64,000 nt of DNA from Candidatus Cloacimonadales bacterium. GTDB taxonomy: Bacteria; Cloacimonadota; Cloacimonadia; Cloacimonadales; JAFGVF01. The stretch lies in contig OY759729.1 in NCBI GenBank assembly GCA_963662585.1, forward strand, positions 2,272,001 to 2,336,000. The letters run 5' to 3'. The notes under the pieces are model-generated. The model ran no database searches. It saw only the letters and a list, made by a program, of their open reading frames with translations, and was not told the origin of the DNA. A program made the translations under genes and the position numbers. Shown one piece after another: positions 1 through 10,434 of the stretch. Positions within the stretch are counted from its first letter, which is position 1. Each line of letters opens with the position of its first letter.

Positions 1-1
1 A

Positions 2-718
2 CCAAATTTGATTCCTCATCTTGGTGATACTGGTGATGGTGAAATAGCATATAATGGACATAATATCTTCCTCAATGATGCTAATAACGGAATTGATGCT
101 GAAAGCGGGGAAAGAGGTTTCAGATTAATGTGGGATCCCCTTATCTATGATAATGACTTAGAAAAGATATTTATTAATAGATATATGAATGATGATATTG
201 AAAACATTGCAAAGATAGATTCTATAACAGCAGATAATGAATATTATATTGATAACTCAATCTCGGCAGATTATCTTCACGAAAATAAGTTTTCTTACTT
301 TATAGATTTGATAGATCGTGCTGGCAACTCCACTCGTTCCGATACTGTACACTATAGATTAGCTGAGAAAACATATTTACTTGCACCTCAAAATGGAACA
401 AGTTTATCAACTTCTCATAACATGATTTTTGATTGGAATTACACAGGGAATTATGACTTTTATAGAGTATTGCTATTTAATGATTCGGATGTCCTACTTT
501 GGTTTAAAGATGTTCTAATAGATGCACCTGATGAGAATCTACAAGATGATTCATCTGCTCTATATACAGGAGTTTTAGCTGATGGTCGTTACTATTGGCG
601 AGTTGATGTCTTTAAATACGATTATGAATTAGATCCGTATTACGATAATGGCAGAACTTTTTACTATGGCTCAGAATCTGACATTAGTGAGTTTTTGATT
701 GATAGAAACAAAAATTGA
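2..718 (+). CDS. Hypothetical protein, C-terminal part; probably an exported Ig/Fn3-like beta-sandwich protein
   Basis: Frame is open from the window edge. Acidic, beta-rich sequence ending in a GRYYWRVD-type motif. Confidence 0.6.
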   Translation, partial: PNLIPHLGDTGDGEIAYNGHNIFLNDANNGIDAESGERGFRLMWDPLIYDNDLEKIFINRYMNDDIENIAKIDSITADNEYYIDNSISADYLHENKFSYFIDLIDRAGNSTRSDTVHYRLAEKTYLLAPQNGTSLSTSHNMIFDWNYTGNYDFYRVLLFNDSDVLLWFKDVLIDAPDENLQDDSSALYTGVLADGRYYWRVDVFKYDYELDPYYDNGRTFYYGSESDISEFLIDRNKN

Positions 719-780
719 GAATAATCTTGACTGATAATAGAATTAATAATTTATTGAAAAAAACATATAAAGGGGCTCTT

Positions 781-1260
781 GTGAGACGATTTATAATTAT
801 AATAGTATTATGCTTGTTTAGCTTGTCAATTGCTGCACAAGATACAATCTCTTCAGGTATTAATAATGCATCAGCATACTCATTTTCAGGTGCTCGGGGA
901 GATCAAGAACAGTTAAAAATCAACGCTTATATTTGGGGAGAAGTTAAGAGCCCAGGCTTGTATTTAGTCCCAGATAATACTGACATTTTAACCTTGATAG
1001 CTTTAGCAGGTGGTCCATCAGATGATGCCAGATTACAAGATATTAGAATTGTTCGCTCTTATGGGGAACAAGAAGAGACTATTTCAATAGACTTGGAATC
1101 TTATCTTAATAGTGGCGATAAAGAGTATAATGTTACTCTTAAACCAGGTGATACAGTGATAGTTAGGGGTACCTTCTATCGTAAATTCAAAGACTTTGTT
1201 ACTTTCATGTCTGAGATAGGTATTATCCTTACTGTATATATTACAATTCTAAAACTATAA
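781..1260 (+). CDS. SLBB-domain polysaccharide export protein (Wza-like)
   Basis: Signal peptide, then IWGEVKSPGLY...LIALAGG...LKPGDTVIV SLBB motif. GTG start at 781 follows AGGGG (track start 715). Precedes wzc. Confidence 0.8.
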   Translation: MRRFIIIIVLCLFSLSIAAQDTISSGINNASAYSFSGARGDQEQLKINAYIWGEVKSPGLYLVPDNTDILTLIALAGGPSDDARLQDIRIVRSYGEQEETISIDLESYLNSGDKEYNVTLKPGDTVIVRGTFYRKFKDFVTFMSEIGIILTVYITILKL

Positions 1261-1270
1261 GAGAGGATTC

Positions 1271-3775
1271 ATGGAAAATAACAACAATAACTATGAATAT
1301 AAAAGTAGTAATATCTTCGAAGATGAAATTAAAATATCTGATTATTTAGCTATTATATATAGGTTTAAATTCTTAGTATTTTTTATCTTTGCTATAGTTG
1401 CTATAGGCTCATATTATTATACTTCCAAACAACCTAAGATTTATTCTGCCGGGGGTAAAATTCTTTTAGAGAATAATAAAGGTGGAACTGATTTGTTAAT
1501 GCTTGGTTCTATGGGAAGTAGTAAAACTAGCTTAAATAATAACATTCAGATTATTCAAAGTACTCCAGTGATGATTAGTGCTGCGAAAAATCTTGTTCAA
1601 TCAAACAATTTTAGTCAATTCTCTTTACCTACTACTAATATTGCTAAATCTAGTCCTCTTTATGAAAGATATACTCGATCTATAGCTGGAGCAATGAGAG
1701 GAAGATTTAAAATAGAATCAATTAGGGAAACTGATGTTTTAACTCTTAGTTATGAATCAGAATCACCTGCAGAATGTGCTGAAGCAATTAATGCTTTAGA
1801 AATTGCTTTCCAAGAAGAGACTACTAAGTATGCTAGACTTGAGTTTACTCAAATTAGAGAATTCTTGGAAGAGAGAGTAAAAGAGACTAAGTCTTTCTTA
1901 GATAACTCAGAACAGCAACTTAGAGATTTTAAAAAAGAGAATCAAATATCAGAATTATCCCCTGCTTCTCAAAAATTAGTTGAACAAGCTGGAACATTCG
2001 AAGCTAATATGCATACCTCTATGATAGATTCACTGCTTAAAGCTACCGAAATTGATATTTTGAAACGCAAGATAATGAATCAAAATCTTATTCTTAATGA
2101 CTTATATATCAAAGATAGAGATTTAGCTAGAGCTTCTAAAGATACTACTCAAGCAGATGTTAACGATATCTCTGAGATTGTAAGTTCTCAAAATCTTTTT
2201 GAAGATGAGGTTGATACAGATTATTTTATCTCTGATGAGGATTTTCCCCAAGAAAGGGCTAAAGAGCAAGTTTCAATTGATAATGTCTTAAATAATACTT
2301 TGATTAATAATCTTATCTCCGAAATTGTTGCTAAAGAGAGATATCTTATTGTTCTCTCTTCTAAATCAAATTACCAACAAGATCATCCTGAACTTATAAA
2401 TCTTAATGAAGAATTATCTAATTTAAAGAGAGAGTTAAAAGCGAAAATTACAGAGACAGTACGCGTTAATACTCTTCAAGATCCATTCTCTTATAGATCA
2501 CAACTTATTGAGAGATTAGCTAATGTGGAAAGTGAATATGAAATCGTTTCCTCAAAATTAGTTGGTTTAAGAGAAACTGTATCTTATTATCAAAGAGAGA
2601 TGAGCAGACTTCCTGACCAAGAGTTAGAACTATCAAAATTAACTAGAGATAAATTATTTAATGAGAAGATTCATACTATTATTACAGAGAAGTATGAGGA
2701 TGCTAAAGTTGCAGAAATATCACAAATTGGAAATGTGAGAATCTTAGAAGTAGCTGGTGTTCCATCAAATCCGATTAAACCTAAGAAGATGATGAATTAC
2801 CTGATTGGGGTTATTCTTGGTTTAGGTCTTGGTGTTGGTTCAGCTTTCTTAGCTCACTCTTTAGATACAAAATTAAGAACAATTGAAGATATTGAGAATC
2901 AAGTGAAAAGTCCTGTCTATGGTACTATTCCTTTGATCGATATACCTGTAGGGGAGTTGGATGAATTAAACAATATGATTAATCATTCACCAGATGAACA
3001 GAAAGAGAAGCTGAGAAGATCCCTCACCCATATTACTGGTCAGTTGATTTCTCACTACTCACCAAAATCTCCTACTGCTGAGTCTTACAGATCTCTTAGA
3101 ACCAATCTTATCTCAAACAAACAACCTGGTCCTATGACTCTCTTAGTAACATCCTCAGCTCCTAAAGAAGGTAAATCTACTACTTCTTCTAACTTGGCAA
3201 TTACACTTGCTCAAATGAATAGTAAAGTAGTTATCGTGGATGTCGATATGAGAAGACCAACTATTCATACAAAATTTGGTCTCAAGAAAGATAATGGTTC
3301 TAGTGATTATTTAATTGATGATACTCTGTTAGTTGAAGATGTTGTTAAACATTCAGGAATACCAAATCTTGATGTGATTTCTTCAGGATTTATTCCGCCA
3401 AACCCTTCAGAGCTTCTTTCCTCTGAAAGAATGGATCAATTCATTAGAGAGTTGCAAAGTAAATATGATTATATAATCTTTGATACTCCTCCTATTATTG
3501 CTGTTACGGATGCTATCATTATGTCTAAGAAAGTTGATAAAGTACTTTTAGTTCTCAGGGTTGCATTCACAGAAAAAGCCGTATTAAATAGAGCAAATGA
3601 AATTCTAAGTAATGTTAATAAAAAAGTAGATGGTTATATTATAAATGGTATAAAAGTACAAAAGTACTATAATAGACATAAATATTACTATTACTACTAT
3701 TATTATTATTATGGTCAAAATGAAAATAAAAACAAAAAATCAAGAAATATATTCAGTTTCTTACGCAAAAATTAA
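1271..3775 (+). CDS. wzc: Polysaccharide co-polymerase / BY tyrosine autokinase (Wzc/GumC family)
   Basis: N-terminal TM, coiled coil, second TM, Walker A SSAPKEGKST, DVDMRRP, FDTPP, C-terminal tyrosine cluster. Confidence 0.9.
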   Translation: MENNNNNYEYKSSNIFEDEIKISDYLAIIYRFKFLVFFIFAIVAIGSYYYTSKQPKIYSAGGKILLENNKGGTDLLMLGSMGSSKTSLNNNIQIIQSTPVMISAAKNLVQSNNFSQFSLPTTNIAKSSPLYERYTRSIAGAMRGRFKIESIRETDVLTLSYESESPAECAEAINALEIAFQEETTKYARLEFTQIREFLEERVKETKSFLDNSEQQLRDFKKENQISELSPASQKLVEQAGTFEANMHTSMIDSLLKATEIDILKRKIMNQNLILNDLYIKDRDLARASKDTTQADVNDISEIVSSQNLFEDEVDTDYFISDEDFPQERAKEQVSIDNVLNNTLINNLISEIVAKERYLIVLSSKSNYQQDHPELINLNEELSNLKRELKAKITETVRVNTLQDPFSYRSQLIERLANVESEYEIVSSKLVGLRETVSYYQREMSRLPDQELELSKLTRDKLFNEKIHTIITEKYEDAKVAEISQIGNVRILEVAGVPSNPIKPKKMMNYLIGVILGLGLGVGSAFLAHSLDTKLRTIEDIENQVKSPVYGTIPLIDIPVGELDELNNMINHSPDEQKEKLRRSLTHITGQLISHYSPKSPTAESYRSLRTNLISNKQPGPMTLLVTSSAPKEGKSTTSSNLAITLAQMNSKVVIVDVDMRRPTIHTKFGLKKDNGSSDYLIDDTLLVEDVVKHSGIPNLDVISSGFIPPNPSELLSSERMDQFIRELQSKYDYIIFDTPPIIAVTDAIIMSKKVDKVLLVLRVAFTEKAVLNRANEILSNVNKKVDGYIINGIKVQKYYNRHKYYYYYYYYYYGQNENKNKKSRNIFSFLRKN

Positions 3776-4562
3776 TTTAGTTTTAAATGTCGAATCTCTG
3801 CTGAATAGTGGTTATAATAAAATAAGAACACTATTCAGCGAGATAGATTTATATGATAATCTAAAATATTCTTTGACAAAAAGTAAGGAAATTGAAGTTT
3901 GGTCAAATATAGCAGAACTGTGTGGTGAGAAAAATCTTATTTACACAGTTGCTACTTATTTGAAAAATAAATATAGTGTTAATAGTGGTGTTAAAATTAA
4001 ATTAGAAAAACAGATACCTCTTGCTGCCGGTTTAGGTGGAGGAAGTAGTAATGCAGCTAATGCCATAAAGTCTCTTAATCTATTGTGGTCGTTAAATATG
4101 ACCAATGATGAGATGCATGATGTAGCTGCTAAATTTGGAAGTGATTTAAATTTTTTTTTAGAAGGTGGAACTGCTTGTGGTTTTAATAGAGGTGAGATAA
4201 TTGAAAGAGTTGAACCAGTACATATCGATAAAATTCTTTTAGTAAAACCAACTTTAGGAATTACTAGTAGAGAAGCCTATAATTTAATAAATATTAGAAA
4301 AACTAATAAAAATTTCGATAAATTCTTAGAAACAAGAGACTTAAAATTAATATTTAATGATTTACAAAGCGGAATTATTAATAAATATCCTCAAATTGGA
4401 GATATCCTTGGGCAACTTCGAGACAAGGGAGCAGAGATTGCTCAAATGTCAGGTTCAGGATCTACTTGTTATGGGATATATACATCAGCTGAACTTTTGA
4501 AACAATCTTATGATTATTTTACGACACAAGGATATTGGACGAAAATAACAAAAACAATATAA
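3711..4562 (+). CDS. ispE: 4-diphosphocytidyl-2-C-methyl-D-erythritol kinase
   Basis: AKINL, KQIPLAAGLGGGSSNAA and MSGSGST motifs. Confidence 0.95.
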   Translation: MVKMKIKTKNQEIYSVSYAKINLVLNVESLLNSGYNKIRTLFSEIDLYDNLKYSLTKSKEIEVWSNIAELCGEKNLIYTVATYLKNKYSVNSGVKIKLEKQIPLAAGLGGGSSNAANAIKSLNLLWSLNMTNDEMHDVAAKFGSDLNFFLEGGTACGFNRGEIIERVEPVHIDKILLVKPTLGITSREAYNLINIRKTNKNFDKFLETRDLKLIFNDLQSGIINKYPQIGDILGQLRDKGAEIAQMSGSGSTCYGIYTSAELLKQSYDYFTTQGYWTKITKTI

Positions 4563-4578
4563 ATGGGAAGTTAAAAAA

Positions 4579-5526
4579 ATGTTTTCAAGATTAAAGATAT
4601 TTTCAGGAAACGCAAACCGTCCATTAGCGAAAGAAGTAGCTGATTTTGCAGGGATACCACTGGGTGATGTAGAAGTCTTTAAATTTGCTAATGATGAAAC
4701 TTTTGTTAAAATTAATGACAATGTGAGAGGGGCTGATGTTTTTATTATTCAACCTACTTGCTATCCTGTTAATGATAACCTAATTGAATTATTGGTAATG
4801 ATTGATGCTTTTAAAAGGGCATCTGCACAGAGGATTACTTGCGTGATCCCCTATTATGGTTATGCTAGATCTGATAAAAAAGATCAACCTAGAGTGCCTG
4901 TCACTGCTAAATTAGTTGCTGACTTACTAACAGTTGCTGGTGCTCATAGAATCATAACTATTGATCTTCATGCGGATCAAATTCAAGGATTTTTTAATAT
5001 CCCTGTTGATCATCTTTTTTCTATGACTACTTTTGCTAGACATTTTAAAACAATCGCTAATACTGATGAATTAGTTATTGTTTCTCCTGATTCAGGAGGT
5101 GCTAATAGAGCGAGAACATTTGCTCAAAGGCTTAAATGTGATTTAGCAATTGGAGATAAGAGAAGAAGTGGAAATGATGATGCAGCAGAGTTATTGAATA
5201 TTATTGGTAATGTAGAAGGAAAAACAGCTATTCTTTTTGATGATATCATTGATACAGGTGGGAGCTTAACCAAAGTAGCTCATGCTTTAAAAAAGAATGG
5301 TGCAACTAGAATTTTTGCTGCCTGCTCTCATGGAATTCTCTCTGGGCCGGCTATTCAAAGATTAGAAGATTCTCCGATTGAGAAACTTTTTATTACTAAT
5401 ACAGTACCTTTAAATGAAAGAAAACAAGCATGTTCAAAAATAGAACAACTTTCTATTGCTGAAATGCTAGCAATTGCGATTAAAAAAATTCATATTGAAG
5501 AATCATTAAGTATTCTTTTTAGATAG
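4579..5526 (+). CDS. prs: Ribose-phosphate pyrophosphokinase
   Basis: IPYYGYARSDKK, DLHADQIQGFF, DDIIDTGGS. Confidence 0.97.
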   Translation: MFSRLKIFSGNANRPLAKEVADFAGIPLGDVEVFKFANDETFVKINDNVRGADVFIIQPTCYPVNDNLIELLVMIDAFKRASAQRITCVIPYYGYARSDKKDQPRVPVTAKLVADLLTVAGAHRIITIDLHADQIQGFFNIPVDHLFSMTTFARHFKTIANTDELVIVSPDSGGANRARTFAQRLKCDLAIGDKRRSGNDDAAELLNIIGNVEGKTAILFDDIIDTGGSLTKVAHALKKNGATRIFAACSHGILSGPAIQRLEDSPIEKLFITNTVPLNERKQACSKIEQLSIAEMLAIAIKKIHIEESLSILFR

Positions 5527-5550
5527 AACAGAAACGAATGTGGAGGAATA

Positions 5551-6153
5551 ATGGTTATTAAAATCGAAGCTGGAAAGAGAACACTAGGCAAAAAATCAGA
5601 CCGCAAAGACCTGAGAAAGGATTTCATAATCCCAGGTATTATGTATGGTCAAGGAGTTGAAGGAACACCTATTCAATTCAAAGCTCCTGAATTTATGAAA
5701 GCCTACAAGCAAAGTATTGGCGAATTAGCTATTTTTAATATTATTGTAGATGGCAAAGAACATCGTTGCATTCTTAAAGATAAGCAAATTCACCCAGTAA
5801 GAAGAGACATTTTACATGTTGATTTCTTATTACTCAATCCGGGCCATGAAGTTTCTTTATCTCTTCCTATCAAATTCGTTGGTGATGCTGCAGGAACTAA
5901 GATGGGTGGTATTCTTGATATCATCGTTAGAAATCTTAATATTGCATGTTTACCAAAAGACATCCCAGAAGATGTTGAAGTTGATATCTCAGGATTAGAA
6001 ATCGGAGATTCTTTACATATCAAGGATATTAAAATCCCTAATGTAAAAATCAAAGATTCTGAAGATGTTACTATTGTTGTTGTCCATGATAAGAACAAAG
6101 TAACTGTGACTGTGGAAGATGCTGAAGAAGGCGTTGTAGCAACTGCAGAATAA
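5551..6153 (+). CDS. rplY: 50S ribosomal protein L25/Ctc
   Basis: IPGIMYG, QIHPV...LHVDF; prs-rplY-pth synteny. Confidence 0.95.
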   Translation: MVIKIEAGKRTLGKKSDRKDLRKDFIIPGIMYGQGVEGTPIQFKAPEFMKAYKQSIGELAIFNIIVDGKEHRCILKDKQIHPVRRDILHVDFLLLNPGHEVSLSLPIKFVGDAAGTKMGGILDIIVRNLNIACLPKDIPEDVEVDISGLEIGDSLHIKDIKIPNVKIKDSEDVTIVVVHDKNKVTVTVEDAEEGVVATAE

Positions 6154-6155
6154 TA

Positions 6156-6731
6156 ATGAAACTTATTGTGGGATTAGGTAATATCGGGGATAAATATTCC
6201 CGTACCCGCCATAATATAGGCTTTATTGCAGTTGATTATTTTGCTAAGTGTAATAATCTTTCTTTTACTAAAACTAAGAATTATTACTATGCGAAATATT
6301 CTGATGCTATTTTGATTAAACCTACTACTTATATGAATTTAAGTGGTATTGCAGTCCAAAGTGTCATGACTAAATTCTCTAATATCGATGATATTTTAGT
6401 AATAGTTGATGATATGGATCTGCCCTTTGGGAAAATTAGAATCAGAGGAAAAGGTGGAACAGGTGGTCATAATGGACTGAAATCCATTACTTCTACCCTT
6501 AATAGTCAAGAATATGGAAGAATCAGAATTGGCATTGGTCGTCCTGATTCAAAAGAAGTTAAAGACTTTGTGCTTGATAAATTTGACAAGCAGGAGATGG
6601 AGAAAATTAACCAACTGAATGAGTACATGGTAGATCTTATTAATACCTACATTTCTCATGGAATTGAAGAGTTATTAAACTACAATAGTGCAAATTATGT
6701 TACCTATTCCGAGAAAATCGGGATCAACTGA
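6156..6731 (+). CDS. pth: Peptidyl-tRNA hydrolase
   Basis: LIVGLGN, TRHNIGF, KPTTYMNLSG, GGHNGLKSI. Confidence 0.97.
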   Translation: MKLIVGLGNIGDKYSRTRHNIGFIAVDYFAKCNNLSFTKTKNYYYAKYSDAILIKPTTYMNLSGIAVQSVMTKFSNIDDILVIVDDMDLPFGKIRIRGKGGTGGHNGLKSITSTLNSQEYGRIRIGIGRPDSKEVKDFVLDKFDKQEMEKINQLNEYMVDLINTYISHGIEELLNYNSANYVTYSEKIGIN

Positions 6732-6747
6732 CCATAGGGAGGAATAA

Positions 6748-7035
6748 ATGGTTAGAAATTACGAGAGTATGATTATTCTTGATGCTAAACTCTCACCGGA
6801 TGTGATAAAAGAAGTTATTGAAAAATATACTAAAATTATCACAAGTAATGGTGGTGAAATTGTTAAGACTGATGATATGGGCAAAAGAGTTCTTGCCTAC
6901 GCTATCAATAAGGCAACCGAAGGATATTATTATATCTATTATTTCGCAATGGATGCCGACAGTGTTAAAGTCTTAGAAGAAAACTATCGAATTGATGAAA
7001 AAGTAATCCGTCATAACCTTCTAGTTTTAGAATAG
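6748..7035 (+). CDS. rpsF: 30S ribosomal protein S6
   Basis: YESMII, GKRVLAYAI; rpsF-ssb-rpsR synteny. Confidence 0.95.
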   Translation: MVRNYESMIILDAKLSPDVIKEVIEKYTKIITSNGGEIVKTDDMGKRVLAYAINKATEGYYYIYYFAMDADSVKVLEENYRIDEKVIRHNLLVLE

Positions 7036-7043
7036 AGGTTATT

Positions 7044-7550
7044 ATGGATTTAAGATTCCCAAAATTAAATTCTCTAACTGTATCAGGTAGATTAACTAGA
7101 GACAGTGAACTGAAATACACTCCAAATGGGAGTGCAGTTCTTCGTTGCAGTATCGCAATAGATGATGGGTATTGGGATAAAAATGCTAATCAGTGGGTTG
7201 AACAAACTGTATTTATGGATGCAAAAGTTTGGGGACCACAAGCTGAAAGACTTAGTAATACTCTTAGAAAGGGTAGCCCGGTGATAATTGAAGGACGCTT
7301 AAAACAGCATTCTTATACAACTCCGGAAGGCCAAAATAGAAGAATTACTGATATTCATGTAGATAAAATTCAAAGTTTAGAAACATCAAATAAAACGGAC
7401 AGTAATGGTTACAACGATAATTATAATAATAATTATAGTGATAATAATCACTCTAATCAACAAAGTAACTATAATCAAAATAACAATGAAAAGCCTCAGT
7501 CAACAAATCGTCCTGAGCCTGATTTCATCAATGATGATGTACCGTTTTAA
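7044..7550 (+). CDS. ssb: Single-stranded DNA-binding protein
   Basis: GRLTRDSELKYTPNG OB fold; acidic DDVPF tail. Confidence 0.96.
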   Translation: MDLRFPKLNSLTVSGRLTRDSELKYTPNGSAVLRCSIAIDDGYWDKNANQWVEQTVFMDAKVWGPQAERLSNTLRKGSPVIIEGRLKQHSYTTPEGQNRRITDIHVDKIQSLETSNKTDSNGYNDNYNNNYSDNNHSNQQSNYNQNNNEKPQSTNRPEPDFINDDVPF

Positions 7551-7564
7551 TTAAAGGAGAAAAC

Positions 7565-7798
7565 ATGCTTTACGACAAAAAAAGAAAATATGGAAAGAAG
7601 AAATACTGCAAATTCTGTAAGAATCCAGAACTTGAAATAAATTACAAAAACACTGATGTATTAAAACAGTTTATGTCAGAAGTTGGTAAAATTGAACCAG
7701 CGAGATTAACTGGTGCTTGTGCTAAACATCAAAGAAAGATTTCTAACGAAATAAAGAAAGCTCGTCACATGGCTTTATTGCCATACATCGCTGACTAA
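7565..7798 (+). CDS. rpsR: 30S ribosomal protein S18 (zinc-binding C+ type)
   Basis: CKFC...INYKN...TGACAKHQR...ALLPY. Confidence 0.97.
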   Translation: MLYDKKRKYGKKKYCKFCKNPELEINYKNTDVLKQFMSEVGKIEPARLTGACAKHQRKISNEIKKARHMALLPYIAD

Positions 7799-7802
7799 AA
7801 AA

Positions 7803-8639
7803 GTGTTACTTGCTGTAGTATCAAGTTTAGTCGCAATAATTTCCCCTTTCTGGGGATTGATCTTTTGGACAGTTAATATATGTGATTTACTAAGAAAGAA
7901 AGCCAAAGATGTAAATATCGGTTTTGCAATTTTTGGGGGAGTGGTTTTAGTATCCTCTTTCTTTATGGGTTTAGACCTATTGAGAATAGTAGATGTAATA
8001 GTTGGGGTAGGTGTTTCAACATATCTATTCACCTCGCTTTATCTTAAAAAAGGATTTAGAATCTCTTTCTCAGCTTTTGCTCTTTTTCAAGGCTCTTATG
8101 GCTTATTAAGAAAATATCTTTTTGTTGATAATCTTCAACATTCAAAAGATCTTATTCTAAGTCAGTTAGAAGCAAGTAAGGAGTTATTGCAAAATTATCC
8201 AAATTTGGAATCTGAATATCTCAGAATGATTGAGAGTTATTTTAATAACATTGAATTATTCTGGTTAGTTCCAATGATATTTGCCTTGGTAATCGGTACG
8301 ATTTTCAGCAGAAAAAATGTTCTGATGAAATTTCATACCATTGCCTATAAACTTCCTGATAATTTAGTCTTGTTAATGATGTTAGGAATGGCTCTTGCCA
8401 TTTTTAAACAGACCCGTTTTATCGGCATACCTGTTACTATAACATTTGTTACCATGCTAACTATCCAGGGTTTTCCAATAGTCTGGCTTTGGCTCTTAGG
8501 CTCTACATTTAATAATACTTTATTAAGAATATTAACTTATATTATAATATTACTTAACTTCCACATTTTCATAATGATAAGTTGTGTGGTGGGATTAATT
8601 GATATTTGGTTTAACTTAAAAAATGGAGTACAAAAATGA
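7803..8639 (+). CDS. Multi-pass membrane protein, YybS/DUF2232-like
   Basis: Many TM segments, C-terminal GLIDIWFNLK, position between rpsR and rplI. Confidence 0.65.
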   Translation: MLLAVVSSLVAIISPFWGLIFWTVNICDLLRKKAKDVNIGFAIFGGVVLVSSFFMGLDLLRIVDVIVGVGVSTYLFTSLYLKKGFRISFSAFALFQGSYGLLRKYLFVDNLQHSKDLILSQLEASKELLQNYPNLESEYLRMIESYFNNIELFWLVPMIFALVIGTIFSRKNVLMKFHTIAYKLPDNLVLLMMLGMALAIFKQTRFIGIPVTITFVTMLTIQGFPIVWLWLLGSTFNNTLLRILTYIIILLNFHIFIMISCVVGLIDIWFNLKNGVQK

Positions 8640-9085
8640 AATTAATATTAATTAAAGATGTAAAAGATTTAGGCATGGCCGGTGATGTAATTACTGTAAA
8701 GAGCGGTTATGGAAGAAATTATCTTTTACCACAAAAATATGCAGTGATGGCAACAAAAGATGCTTTAAAGAAAATTGAAGCTATCAAAGCCGATGCTGAG
8801 AAAGTTAGAAATATTAAATTAGAAGAGAATAAAGCAAAATTAGCATCAATTGCTAAAATGGCTCTTACTTTTAATAGAAAAGCTGATGAAAATGGTAACC
8901 TTTATGGTTCAGTATCAGAATATGATATCGTTGAAGCTATTAAAGAAAATGGCGTTGAAATAAATAAAAACAATGTTAATATCGAAAAGCACATTAAAGA
9001 AATTGGTGATTCAGAAGTTGTTATTAGCTTTGGATCAGAATTAACTGCTACTGTAGTAGTATCAGTAATAAAAGAAGAGATATAG
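8636..9085 (+). CDS. rplI: 50S ribosomal protein L9
   Basis: LGMAGDVITVKSGYGRNYLLP, LYGSV. Confidence 0.97.
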   Translation: MKLILIKDVKDLGMAGDVITVKSGYGRNYLLPQKYAVMATKDALKKIEAIKADAEKVRNIKLEENKAKLASIAKMALTFNRKADENGNLYGSVSEYDIVEAIKENGVEINKNNVNIEKHIKEIGDSEVVISFGSELTATVVVSVIKEEI

Positions 9086-9094
9086 GAGTTTTCC

Positions 9095-9481
9095 ATGGTT
9101 AATAAGATGGTTCTCAAAGTGGTAGGATACTTATTAGTAATAATAAGCATCTTTATACCTTCTTATGTACGAGCAAATTTCAATTTCAGAAATTTGATGA
9201 GTAACGAACACACTTTCACCGGCCTATTGCTAATAACTTTAGTTACTATTTTTGTGGTTATCGCAGGATTAGTGGCATATTATTTAATTAATATCAAGAA
9301 GAGTTCTAGTTTTAAGGTGTTAGGTTATGTGATGATAATTGTTATTGCTTTTGTACCTGCAATGTTGATGATGCCTTATGATAATGGCTCAAATGCATTG
9401 GGAACCGCATATTTAACATTGGTTGCCGTATCTGTTTTGTCATGGGCTGGTTTTACTATAGCCTTGAGAAAAAGTGCTTAA
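9095..9481 (+). CDS. Hypothetical membrane protein (about 4 TM)
   Basis: Hydrophobic ORF with AGGAG RBS, inside the operon. Confidence 0.7.
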   Translation: MVNKMVLKVVGYLLVIISIFIPSYVRANFNFRNLMSNEHTFTGLLLITLVTIFVVIAGLVAYYLINIKKSSSFKVLGYVMIIVIAFVPAMLMMPYDNGSNALGTAYLTLVAVSVLSWAGFTIALRKSA

Positions 9482-9484
9482 TCA

Positions 9485-9790
9485 TTGAAAAATATAAAAA
9501 GTAGTATCTCCTCTGTTCTATTTAATATAGGTGGAGATAGATATCACGATTTAATAGTTATTGCTCTGTCATGGAAGACCATTGTTGGTTCTTATATGGC
9601 AGAGCATTCTTCTGTTTTGAAATATCAGAATAATACTCTCTATGTTGGAGTGGATAGTAGCGTTTGGCTACAAGAATTTGTTCTGATGAAGAGTATGTTA
9701 ATTAAACAACTGAACAAGGTTCTTGCAAATGAAGTTAACTCCCAAATTAATAACCTTGTATTTTTATTAAGTGAGAATAAACATGATTAA
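9485..9790 (+). CDS. dciA: DUF721/DciA family helicase-loader protein
   Basis: WKTIVG...LYVGVDSSVWLQE motif. Confidence 0.75.
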   Translation: MKNIKSSISSVLFNIGGDRYHDLIVIALSWKTIVGSYMAEHSSVLKYQNNTLYVGVDSSVWLQEFVLMKSMLIKQLNKVLANEVNSQINNLVFLLSENKHD

Positions 9791-10424
9791 AGTATCACCT
9801 TCAATACTATCTGCTGATTTTGCTAATTTAGGGCAAGATTTAACAGCTGTTATTAAAGCTGGTTCAGATTTCCTGCATATTGATGTTATGGATGGACACT
9901 TCGTTCCAAATTTAACTTTCGGCAATCCAATTATCGAGAGAATAAACACTATTAGCACTATTCCTTTAGATGTTCATCTAATGGTAACTAATCCTTCTGA
10001 TTATTACAAATTTTTAGCAAATCTTAGGGTTGCTATGATTTCTTTTCATCCTGCTACAGTGCACCATCTTCATAGGGAAGTTTATAAAATTAAAGAATTG
10101 GGTATTAAGGCTGGAGTGGCTCTAAATCCAGGAGATTCAATCACTATGATAGAAGAGGTTTTAGCGGATGTAGATTTTGTTTTAATTATGTCTGTGAATC
10201 CTGGCTATGGAGGTCAATCCTTCATCGAAAGTACTTATCAGAAAATTACTAAATTAGATAAAATTAGAAAAGAGAATAATCTTAACTTTAAAATAGAAAT
10301 AGATGGTGGGGTTAATGATAAAAATGCCCCTAAATTAATCCAAGCTGGAGTGGATATATTTGTCGCCGGTTCTTTCGTCTTCAAATCAAATGATTATGCT
10401 TTAGCAATTAATTCCTTAAAATAA
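9783..10424 (+). CDS. rpe: Ribulose-phosphate 3-epimerase
   Basis: SPSILSADF, HIDVMDGHFVPNLTFG, MSVNPGYGGQ, EIDGG. Confidence 0.97.
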   Translation: MIKVSPSILSADFANLGQDLTAVIKAGSDFLHIDVMDGHFVPNLTFGNPIIERINTISTIPLDVHLMVTNPSDYYKFLANLRVAMISFHPATVHHLHREVYKIKELGIKAGVALNPGDSITMIEEVLADVDFVLIMSVNPGYGGQSFIESTYQKITKLDKIRKENNLNFKIEIDGGVNDKNAPKLIQAGVDIFVAGSFVFKSNDYALAINSLK

Positions 10425-10434
10425 CGGAGAGTTT

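Noticed and set aside
3682..3712. TAT/TAC run as a phase-variable microsatellite
   Set aside because: Mixed in-frame codons for the standard BY-kinase tyrosine cluster.
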